Made by a program: the position numbers and the translations under genes
Notes under the pieces: model-generated
What the model was told of the DNA's origin: nothing
Seen by the model: only the letters and a program-made list of their open reading frames with translations
The model's database searches: none
DNA from: an uncultured Gammaproteobacteria bacterium
GTDB taxonomy: Bacteria > Pseudomonadota > Gammaproteobacteria > Steroidobacterales > Steroidobacteraceae
Direction of reading: 5' to 3'
Length of the DNA: 64,000 nucleotides
Assembly: GCA_963793675.1 (NCBI GenBank)
Contig: CAWCBA010000005.1
Location: forward strand, 344,645 to 408,644
Part shown: positions 42,697-51,197 of the stretch, piece after piece
Numbering within the stretch: position 1 is the stretch's first letter
Layout of the letters: each line of letters starts with the position of its first letter

Positions 42697-42843
42697 CGAA
42701 AGCTCCTTGCCGGGCTCTTGGCGGGGAAAAAAGGGCGCGAGTATAGCCGCCCGACCTGCGCAGGCCTACGCAAGGCGGATCGAGCGGAAATCTGCTTGCA
42801 TCGACCCCGCGGCGCGCGAAAACTCCCGGTTCAACGAATCTGG

Positions 42844-43651
42844 ATGAACCCGATGCCTGAAACCGCGCAGAAGATCGTCGCCACCACCGAAAACTTCATG
42901 ACCGACGTCGTGGAGGCTTCCAGCTCGAGACCCGTCCTCGTGGATTTCTGGGCCCCCTGGTGCGGCCCCTGCCGCACGCTCATGCCGTTGCTCGACCGGA
43001 TCGCGGACGATTACGCGGGCCGCTTCATCCTTGCCAAGGTCAATACCGAAGAACAGCCACAACTGGCATCTCATTTCCAGATCCGGAGCATCCCGACGGT
43101 CGTGCTCATTCACCAGGGCGAGGTGGTCGAGCAGTTCGTCGGGCTGCAGCCCGAGCCGGCCATCAGGGCCTTGCTCGACCGGTACGTGACCCCAGCGGGC
43201 ACAGTCGTCGAGTCGGACCCCGCGGCCGCGATCGTCCGACCGGCCCGAGGACCTCGTTGCACGACTGCTGGAGCAGAGGGAGGCCGAGGGCGCGGCGGAG
43301 GCGATCGAGGCACTGGCGGCCACCCAGGCCGACCACCCGCAGCTGGGAGCACTCCGGGCGCGGCTCGCGTTCGTCCGGACAGCCAATGCCCGACCGGACG
43401 TCATGTCGCTGCGTGCAGCCCTGGAAGCAGACCCGACCGACGCGGCGGCACGGCACGCACTGGCGGCGCACCATGCGCTGGCGGGCGATTATGGGACCGC
43501 CCTGGCCGAGTGGCTGGAATTGATGCGACGCGACAGGAAGTTCGGTGACGACGCCGGGCGCCGGGCGCTGCTGCAGGCGTTCGAGGTGCTGGGTGAGCAG
43601 GATCCGCTCGTCATCCAGTACCGGCGCCGCATGGCGAGTTTATTGCATTGA
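42844..43651 (+). pseudogene. thioredoxin-domain + TPR chaperedoxin (YbbN/CnoX-like), one frameshift near 43243-43247 (as sequenced)
   Basis: The Trx domain with WAPWCGPC is in ORF 42718..43548. The TPR part (PEDLVARLLEQREAEGAAEAIEAL...RKFGDDAGRRALLQAFEVLGEQDPLVIQYRRRMASLLH) is in the frame of ORF 43403..43651. Confidence 0.85.
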
Positions 43652-43682
43652 CGCATTCGGCTGCCGATCGTGGAATATCGCC

Positions 43683-43712
43683 TTGCGCGACTCGCCGCGA
43701 CCGAAGTATAAA
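43683..43712 (+). promoter_or_regulatory. candidate sigma70 promoter (TTGCGC, 18-nt spacer, TATAAA)
   Basis: It lies 30 nt upstream of the small acidic ORF. Sequence match only. Confidence 0.3.
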
Positions 43713-43741
43713 TTCGCGCCCCTTGCCCACTGGGTTTTTCG

Positions 43742-43996
43742 ATGCACGAGAAGCCGGAATCAGCGGACGAGTTCGAGGACGAAGACGCCGAGGAAGCCGT
43801 CGGGGGCGATGAAGCCCTCGATGTCGATCGCCTCATCCAGGACCTCGATAAGCGCAAGCGCGGCGCGCCCAAAGGCGCGGAACCCGCCTGGCGCAAACTC
43901 GAACGCATGATGGAACAGAAGCGCACGTCGGAGTTGCTGAGCGACTTCGACGATTACGACGTGGGCGACCGCCCGCGGTCGCGCAAGGGTCAGTGA
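43742..43996 (+). CDS. small acidic hypothetical protein
   Basis: 84 aa with an Asp/Glu-rich N-terminus, then [37 protein letters not shown]. Composition is not GC-artefact-like. Confidence 0.55.
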   Translation: MHEKPESADEFEDEDAEEAVGGDEALDVDRLIQDLDKRKRGAPKGAEPAWRKLERMMEQKRTSELLSDFDDYDVGDRPRSRKGQ

Positions 43997-46900
43997 AAGT
44001 CGCGCGACGCCGAGCGTAACCGGCCGAGCCAGCGGCTCAGGTCGACCAGCCGATGCGCGATCACGTGCATCACCTCCCCTTCCGTCTGCAGCTTGCCGGC
44101 CACGCCCATCAGGCGTGAACCGATCAACGCCTGGCGTTGCCGCTCGGCCACGGCGCGCCAGACGATCAGGTTGATCGAGCCATGCTCGTCTTCGAGCGTC
44201 ACGAACGTGACGCCCTCGGCGCTGCCCGGTCGCTGCCGCGTGATGACGAGGCCCGCGGTGCGCACGTTCGAGCCGTTCGTCAACGAGCGCAGCTGCGCAG
44301 AATCGAGGAAACCGCGGGCACCGAGTTGATCGCGCAGCACCGCGACCGGGTGACGCCGCAAGGTAAGCCCCGTGTGCGCGTAGTCGGCCACGATGTCCTC
44401 GCCTTCGCGTGGCGCACGCAACAGCGGAATACCTTCGGCGATGCGCACCTCGGGCAGGATGGGCAGCGAGCCCTCGAGTCCGGCAACCTGCCAGGCCGCG
44501 CGGTAACGATGCCCGCCGAGACCCGCCAGTGCGCCCGCCGCCGCGAGACAGCCCATCGAACGACGATCGAGGCCGGCCTGTTCCGCCAGTTGCTGTGCGC
44601 TCTCGAACGCGTGGGCCTGCGCGCGCGCGCGGGCATCGACCAGTCGCTGTGCCGCCTCCTGCGCCAGCCCCCTCACCAGCCGCAGGCCGAGCCGCAACGC
44701 GGGAGCGGGCGAATCGTCGGCGCGGTGCTCCAGGGTGCAGTCCCAGTCGCTCGTGCGCACGTCGATCGGGCGCACCTCGACGCCGTGACGCTGTGCGTCC
44801 TGCACGATCTGCGAGGGCGCATAAAAACCCATGGGCTGGCTGTTGATGAGTGCGGCCGCGAAAGCCGCGGGCTCGTGCCGCTTCAGCCACGCCGAGACGT
44901 ACACGAGCAGGGCGAAGCTGGCCGCGTGCGATTCGGGGAAACCGTATTCGCCAAAACCGAGGATCTGCTGGAAGATGCGTCGCGCGAACTCCTCGGAGTA
45001 ACCGCGATCGCGCATGCCGTGGATCAGCCGCTCCTCGAAGTGGCCCAGCCCACCCTTGCGCTTCCATGCCGCCATCGCGCGCCGCAACTGGTCCGCCTCG
45101 CCCGGCGTGAATCCCGCCGCGACGATCGCAAGCTGCATCACCTGCTCCTGGAAGATCGGCACGCCGAGCGTGCGTCTCAGCACCCCTTCCACCTCTGCGC
45201 TGGGATACGTGACCGCCTCCTCGCCCGCGCGCCGGCGCAGGTACGGATGCACCATGTCGCCCTGGATCGGGCCGGGCCGGATGATCGCGACTTCGATGAC
45301 GAGGTCGTAATACGAACGCGGCCGCAGTCGCGGCAGCATCGCCATCTGCGCGCGCGACTCGATCTGGAACACGCCCACGGTGTCGGCGTGCCCGATCATG
45401 TCGTAGACCGCCGGGTCTTCCGCCGGCACCGTCGCGAGTGTCCAGCGCTGGCCGCGACAGCCGTGCACGAGGTCGAATGCGCGGCGGATAGCGGCCAGCA
45501 TGCCGAGCCCGAGCACGTCGACCTTGAGCAGGCCGAGCGCGTCGAGGTCGTCCTTGTCCCACTGGATCACGGTGCGACCGGGCATCGAGGCATTCTCGAC
45601 CGGAACGAGTTCTTCGAGCAGGTCGCGCGCGATGACGAACCCACCGACGTGCTGCGAGAGGTGGCGCGGAAAACCGAGCAGCGTGCGTGCGAGCGACAGT
45701 ATCCTTCGACAGCACAGGACTGTCGGGATCCATGCCCGCTTCACGAACCCGTGTCGCGTCGATGCTTCGACCCATCCCACCACTGCATCGAACGTGCCAG
45801 CGCCGCCACCTGCAGCGGATCGAGCCCCATCGCCTTCGCCACGTCGCGCAGCGCGCTGCGCGGACGATAGCTGATGACCGTCGCCGTCAGCGCAGCCCGC
45901 TCGCGGCCGTACTTCGCGTAGATGTACTGGATGACTTCTTCGCGGCGCTCGTGCTCGAAGTCGACGTCGATGTCGGGTGGTTCGTTGCGTTCCCTGGAGA
46001 TGAAGCGTTCGAACAGCAGCGACATGCGCGCCGGATCGACTTCGGTGATGCCGAGACAGAAACACACCGCCGAGTTGGCTGCCGAGCCGCGGCCCTGGCA
46101 GAGAATGCGCCGCGAGCGCGCAAACCGCACGATATCGTGCACGGTGAGGAAGTACGGCTCGTACCCGAGTTCGGCGATCAGCGTGAGCTCGTGCTCGATC
46201 GCCTGACGCGCCGGGGCAGGCGCGCCGCCCGGCCAGCGGTGACTGGCGCCCTCCTCCGTGAGGCGTCGCAACCACGCGGCCGGCGTGTACCCCTCCGGCA
46301 CGATCTCGCGCGGGTATTCGTAACGCAGCTCGTCGAGCGTGAACGTGCAGCGCGAGGCGATCTCCACCGCAGCGGCGAGCAGCTCGGGCGGGTGCAGCTG
46401 CGCGATGCGCTGGATCGGGCGCAGGTGGCGTTCGCCATTGGAAAACAGTGCGAATCCCGCCTGTTCGACGGTAGTACCGATCCGCGTCGCGGCGAGGACG
46501 TCCTGCAACGCCCGACGCCCGCGCGCGTGCATGTGCACGTCCCCGGTCGCGACGAGTGGCAGTTCGAGTTCGCGACCGAGGTCCTGCAACTGCTCGAGTC
46601 GCCTGCGATCGCGACCCGTCGTCAGCAGTTCGACCGCGATCCAGAGCTGGCCGGGGAAGAGCGTGGCGAGCCAGCGGGCTTCGTCAGCGTCCGGTTGCGT
46701 TGCGGGCAGCCACAGGCACAGGAGAGGGGCTAGGGGATAGGGGTTAGGGGTTAGTGAAGAAGCTGGCGTTGCCAGCGATTTCCGACTATCCCCCGACTCC
46801 CATCCCCTATCCCCTGCGACGATTTCATTGAAATCGTCGCGGCACAGCAGGTATTCCCCTTTCGCGGCGGAGCGCCGGCCGCGGGTGATCAACCGGCAAA

Positions 46901-47159
46901 GACCACCGTACCCTGCGCGGTTCCGCGCGAGCAGCACGCAGCGCAGTCCGTCCTCGAGGCGAAACTCCGAACCGACGATGAGCTTGAGACCGTGCTCGCG
47001 TGCAGCGACGTGCGCGCGCACGACACCGGACACCGAGCACTCGTCGGTGATCGCGAGCGCGGCATACCCAAGCCTCGCAGCGCGTTCGACCAGTTCTTCC
47101 GGGCGCGAAGCGCCGCGCAGGAAACTGAAGTTGGAGAGGCAATGCAGCTCGGCGTACAC
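43990..47159 (-). pseudogene. dnaE2: error-prone DNA polymerase DnaE2 (ImuC); two frameshifts at about 45708-45714 and 45765-45775 plus a ~39-codon in-frame insertion
   Basis: The PHP N-terminus is [18 protein letters not shown]. The sequence ..[11 protein letters not shown] / [20 protein letters not shown] / [26 protein letters not shown] is read in three successive frames. The remainder is collinear with DnaE2. Confidence 0.9.
46724..46840. repeat. composite palindromic G-run element inside dnaE2
   Basis: GGGGCTA GGGGATA GGGGTTA GGGGTTA occupies 46726-46753. A 6-bp hairpin gctggc-gtt-gccagc sits at 46762-46776. The C-rich inverse arm ctatcccccgactcccatcccctatcccc is at 46787-46814. A perfect 11-bp hairpin gcgacgatttc-att-gaaatcgtcgc is at 46816-46840. 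Confidence 0.75.
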
Positions 47160-47215
47160 GGCAACCGCGTCGAGCCCGGCTCAGTGCGGCGCGCAGCAGA
47201 TGGCGGACCGGTGAG

Positions 47216-48871
47216 TCACGCGAACCAGCCATGCAGGAACCAGCGCGCGCCCTCGACCGTCTCGCGGCGCGTGCGGAACACCCACAACCGGGCGCCCTGC
47301 GCATTGCGCGCGATGTAGTAATCACGCGCGATGTCGTGACCGTCCCACCAGCCGGATTCGATGCACTCGGGGCCTTCTTCGAGAACGAGCCGGTCGACGT
47401 CGCATGGCTCCGGCCGGTCGAGCAGCCAGAGAGGCCGACCTTCGCCCGGCCTTGCGACCGACCTCTCCCATCGCAATGGAAGAGGCACGGAGGGCGAACT
47501 CGCGTTCGGTGAAGCACTGCGCGACGACGCTTTCTGCCGCGCCCTGGGCTTCGTCGCTGCCGGCTCGACGGCGCGCCACGCCGCCTCTGGTCGATGCTCG
47601 GACACGCAGGCGAGTCCGTACACGGCATCGTTGCCGAGCCGCGCGCGCAGCCGCTCGACGAGCTGCGGCAGGTTCTTGCCGGATCCGCGCCGGTCATGCG
47701 CAAACAGCTCGATCGCGCCGGCCTGCAGGTCGATGAGCGGGCCGCTCAGCAGGCGCACGTTGCGCACGGGCTGTGGCAGCACGAGCGGCGCAAGACGCCC
47801 GCGCAGCAACTCCGCCATGTGCCGCGGCTGCGCACCGACCGGTTGCACGAAACGCAGTCGCACGCGCGTGACCGGTGCATCACGATGACGCAGCTGCACT
47901 TCGATCGCCTGCACGCCACGATCGCGCTCGCGCAGGAACTGACACAGCTCTTCGAACAGGGGGGCGAGCGCCTGGCCGAGCCGCGCGGTATCGGCAATTT
48001 CGGGTTCGAGGTCGCGCCGCGTGGCAAAGCGTTCGCGCGCGGCATACGCTGCACGCGGCTCCTGCACACGGCCCGTGGCGCGGTCGAGCGTGGCAAGCAG
48101 CTCCTGGCCGAAGCGGCGCGCGAAGCCAGCGCGCGGCAGGCGCAGGCAGTCACCCACGGTGCGCACGCCCATGGTGCCGAGCGTTTCGATGCCGCGTTCG
48201 GGCCAGCGGGTGCACCCGAGCGGCAGCAGCGCAAGCCGCGCAGCCAGCTCGTCGCGGTTGCGCACGAACACGGGGCGCGCGCCGGGCGGACACGCACGCG
48301 CGAACCACAGCGATGCCAGCGGCGACGGCGTGATCGCAAAGCGAACCGTTGCGCCCATGGCGTCGGTTAGTTCCTGCTGCAAGCGCACGCACAGTTGCCT
48401 GGCGCCGCCAAACAACCGCAGGCTGCCACGCACTTCGAGCAGCACGCCGTCGGGCTGCTCGATGCTGACCCTCGGCGTGAACCGCACTCCGCGCTGTGCC
48501 ACCGCTTCGAGCAACTGGCGTTCGCGCCGCGCATCACGTGCCAGCGCATGCAGGCCCGGTACGAGTGCGAGCGCCGCGTTGATCGACATTCCCTCGCGCA
48601 CACCTGCGGCGTGCACGGCTTCCTCGCAGGCACGCACGACCTTGCCGTTGCGCCCGAGGTCGACGATGGCGACAGGCGGACGACCCGGCAGGGCAAGCGC
48701 CACATCACGCAACGAATCGAGCATCAATGACGGCAGGTGGATGGCGAGCCAGAGTTCACGCGAGCGCGATTGTGCGAGCGGTGTGCGGCCCGGAACGGAA
48801 AGCGAGGACGGACGGAATGCCGGCGTGACCCGCACATGGTGGGGAGACGGGGGCCTGGCGAGCGGGGCCAT
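47216..48871 (-). CDS. imuB: Y-family polymerase-like protein ImuB
   Basis: 551-aa ORF with an N-terminal Y-family palm region (LWLAIHLPSLMLD..). It sits between imuA and dnaE2. Confidence 0.85.
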   Translation of the reverse strand: MAPLARPPSPHHVRVTPAFRPSSLSVPGRTPLAQSRSRELWLAIHLPSLMLDSLRDVALALPGRPPVAIVDLGRNGKVVRACEEAVHAAGVREGMSINAALALVPGLHALARDARRERQLLEAVAQRGVRFTPRVSIEQPDGVLLEVRGSLRLFGGARQLCVRLQQELTDAMGATVRFAITPSPLASLWFARACPPGARPVFVRNRDELAARLALLPLGCTRWPERGIETLGTMGVRTVGDCLRLPRAGFARRFGQELLATLDRATGRVQEPRAAYAARERFATRRDLEPEIADTARLGQALAPLFEELCQFLRERDRGVQAIEVQLRHRDAPVTRVRLRFVQPVGAQPRHMAELLRGRLAPLVLPQPVRNVRLLSGPLIDLQAGAIELFAHDRRGSGKNLPQLVERLRARLGNDAVYGLACVSEHRPEAAWRAVEPAATKPRARQKASSRSASPNASSPSVPLPLRWERSVARPGEGRPLWLLDRPEPCDVDRLVLEEGPECIESGWWDGHDIARDYYIARNAQGARLWVFRTRRETVEGARWFLHGWFA

Positions 48872-48872
48872 C

Positions 48873-49547
48873 TCAGTACCCCAGGTTCACCGTGGCAGGA
48901 CGGCCTCCGCGGCTTTTGACGATGCGCACCTGCAGGCCTTCGGTGCCGCCCCCGAGCAGCGCAAGCCGCAACACCGCTGGCGAAGGCGTGAGCCCCGCCT
49001 GCAGCGGGCGATACAGCACTGCAAGGCTGCGCGACGCCTCTGCCGCCAGCTGCAACCGTCGCAAGGCGTGCGGATCACGGGGATTGGCCCAACCGAGCAC
49101 GGCACTGCAAGACTCCGAGCGCAGCGCCTGGTCCATCACCCACTCGGTGGCGCCCGCGCCGTTGACGACGAGCATGCGCCCGACATCGATGCCCCACGCT
49201 GCGAGCGATGGCGCATATGGACGATACGGCGGCGAGACCCAGGCGATCCAGCCCGCGCTGTCCCGGTCATGCGGTGACGGATAAACCTCGTCGGCCGCGC
49301 CTTCGTCCCTGCAAAGCACAGCGAGCGCGGGTAGCAGCAACCGGAGTTCACCGATGCCCCGCTGATCGGAAAGGATTTCGATGAGACCCTGCCGGGGCCA
49401 GCCCGCGCCCGGAAGGCAACGGTCGAGCGCGGCGTAGCCCGTGGGCAGTCCCGCCGGCACGGCCGCGGTCGCGCTACTGCCCGTTTCCCTTGCACGCCAG
49501 AGACGCGCGGAATTCTGTTGCAGCAGTTGTTCGACGGAAATGCTCAT
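48873..49547 (-). CDS. imuA: translesion-synthesis protein ImuA (SulA/RecA-like)
   Basis: 224-aa ORF with LPTGYAALDRCLPGAGWPRQGLIEILS..GIGELRLLLPAL. It is the first gene after lexA. Confidence 0.85.
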   Translation of the reverse strand: MSISVEQLLQQNSARLWRARETGSSATAAVPAGLPTGYAALDRCLPGAGWPRQGLIEILSDQRGIGELRLLLPALAVLCRDEGAADEVYPSPHDRDSAGWIAWVSPPYRPYAPSLAAWGIDVGRMLVVNGAGATEWVMDQALRSESCSAVLGWANPRDPHALRRLQLAAEASRSLAVLYRPLQAGLTPSPAVLRLALLGGGTEGLQVRIVKSRGGRPATVNLGY

Positions 49548-49608
49548 GACTCTGGTGGGATTGCCGGGCAGCCAGAATGCTCAGGGAAAATGTCCAGGTC
49601 GGGAAACG

Positions 49609-50229
49609 TCAGGACAACCGCTGCGTGTCCTGCCGCACCACGCCGACGACGAGGCCTTCGATGGTTAGCGACTGCTCGCGCAGGTCGATACGCAGGGGTT
49701 CGAAGTCTTCGTTCTCGGGCAACAGCCAGGCGATCGAACCGTCCTGCCGGTAACGCTTCACGGTAACTTCGTTCTCGAGGCGCGCGACGACGATCTGGCG
49801 GTTGCGGACTTCGGGCGTGCGGTGGACCGCAACGAGATCGCCGTCGAGGATGCCGACGTTGCGCATGCTCATGCCTTTGACCTTGAGCAGGTAATGCGGC
49901 CGCGGCTGGAAGAGCGCCGGGTCGATCTGGTAGCGCGCTTCGATGTTCTCTTCGGCCAGGATGGGCCGGCCGGCGGCGACCCGGCCGATCAACGGCAGGC
50001 CGATCTGGTCACGCAGGGAATCCTTGAGCTGAATGCCGCGGGAGGCCCCGGGACGCAACTCGATGACGCCTTTGCGCTGCAGGGCACGCAGATGTTCTTC
50101 GGCCGCGTTCGCGGACTTGAAGCCCAGGGCTTCGGCGATTTCGGCCCGCGTGGGGGGCAGGCCCTGCTCGGCCAGGCTGTCCTGGATGAATACGAGCACC
50201 TGGCGTTGGCGCGGCGTTAGGTCTTCCAT
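49609..50229 (-). CDS. lexA: SOS repressor LexA
   Basis: N-terminal wHTH ([14 protein letters not shown]), cleavage site VAAG, and S24 Ser/Lys (KGMSM ... VTVKR). Confidence 0.95.
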   Translation of the reverse strand: MEDLTPRQRQVLVFIQDSLAEQGLPPTRAEIAEALGFKSANAAEEHLRALQRKGVIELRPGASRGIQLKDSLRDQIGLPLIGRVAAGRPILAEENIEARYQIDPALFQPRPHYLLKVKGMSMRNVGILDGDLVAVHRTPEVRNRQIVVARLENEVTVKRYRQDGSIAWLLPENEDFEPLRIDLREQSLTIEGLVVGVVRQDTQRLS

Positions 50230-50242
50230 CGGTCGTCCCTCC

Positions 50243-50258
50243 CTGTATACCCATACAG
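50243..50258. promoter_or_regulatory. SOS box 1 (CTGT-N8-ACAG)
   Basis: ctgtatacccatacag, 14 nt upstream of the lexA start. Confidence 0.85.
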
Positions 50259-50261
50259 TTA

Positions 50262-50277
50262 CTGTTTATATATACAG
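50262..50277. promoter_or_regulatory. SOS box 2 (CTGT-N8-ACAG)
   Basis: ctgtttatatatacag, 3 nt from box 1. The tandem arrangement matches E. coli lexA. Confidence 0.85.
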
Positions 50278-50638
50278 CCCTGCCTGCCTGTTGGCAAGCG
50301 GAAGGAAACAGCTCGTCGGGCAAAGAAAAGCCGGCGCTCAAGGCGAGGCGGTCATACCACGCTGCTGCGCGGGTTCCGGCGACCCGCGAATTGCAGCGAA
50401 TACCGCGAAATCCGCTGCCAACCGCAACGCTTGTGGGTGGGCGGGCGCGGCCGGTGGCTGCTCGCCCTGTCGTCGAATGCGAACCCTTCGCATGCGACGC
50501 ACGGCACAGTAATCTTTATCGTTGTTTTCGAATGAGTTAGTCTCTCGCTGTTCGGCTGCGCTGCGCACATGGAAACGTGTTGACGGGCTGCGGCCGTCAC
50601 ATTGGCTTGCCTGATTCAAAACCGAGGAAGATCAACAA

Positions 50639-50962
50639 ATGAAGACCGCTATCACCAAGATCCTGACCGCCGCCGCCGCCGCTGTTGTGCTCACCGCAGC
50701 CACGGGCTGCGTGAGCCAGACGAAGTTTGACGAGCATGTGGCCAGCGCCGATGCGGCCGTCAAGGCTGCCGCTGCAGACGCCGCCGCCGCCAAGGCTGCT
50801 GCCGACGCCGCTGCCGCCTCGGCTTCGAGCGCCGCCAGCGCCTCGAGCGCCGCGCAGAGCACGGCCAACCAGGCCCTCCAGGCTGCGCAGGCTTCGCAGT
50901 CCTGCTGCGACGCGACCAACGAGAAGATCGATCGCGCGTTCAAGAAGTCGATGGGCAAGTAA
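50639..50962 (+). CDS. Lpp-like alanine-zipper lipoprotein with C-terminal Lys
   Basis: GAGGAAG SD, lipobox LTAATGC, an Ala-rich helical core and the C-terminus ..KKSMGK. A strong terminator follows. Confidence 0.8.
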   Translation: MKTAITKILTAAAAAVVLTAATGCVSQTKFDEHVASADAAVKAAAADAAAAKAAADAAAASASSAASASSAAQSTANQALQAAQASQSCCDATNEKIDRAFKKSMGK

Positions 50963-50994
50963 TCGACTGACTCCATCGCTCTAGCGATACGAAG

Positions 50995-51023
50995 ACGCCG
51001 CGGACCTCCGCGGCGTTTTCTTT
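50995..51023 (+). terminator. rho-independent terminator
   Basis: acgccgcgg-acct-ccgcggcgt followed by TTTCTTT. Confidence 0.8.
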
Positions 51024-51197
51024 GGAGCCGTCGCTGCCCCGACGACACCGGGCACAACCGTGCGCACCCCGCTCTGCAATCGACATGCGTAGTGGTTCGC
51101 CGAGGCGCTGCAACGTGTGCGCAACCAGTTCATCGAACAGATCTGCGCGGAATACGACGCAATCGGCGGTGTAATCCGGCGGAGTAGAATCGGAGGC

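Noticed and set aside
49548-49608. Search for a separate SOS box upstream of imuA.
   Set aside because: There is no CTGT-N8-ACAG or close variant in the 61-nt spacer. Regulation is more simply explained by the tandem boxes upstream of lexA.
50580-50610. Candidate promoter for the Lpp-like gene (TTGACG at 50580-50585).
   Set aside because: No acceptable -10 hexamer lies at 16-18-nt spacing (cacatt is at 12 nt). Support is insufficient.
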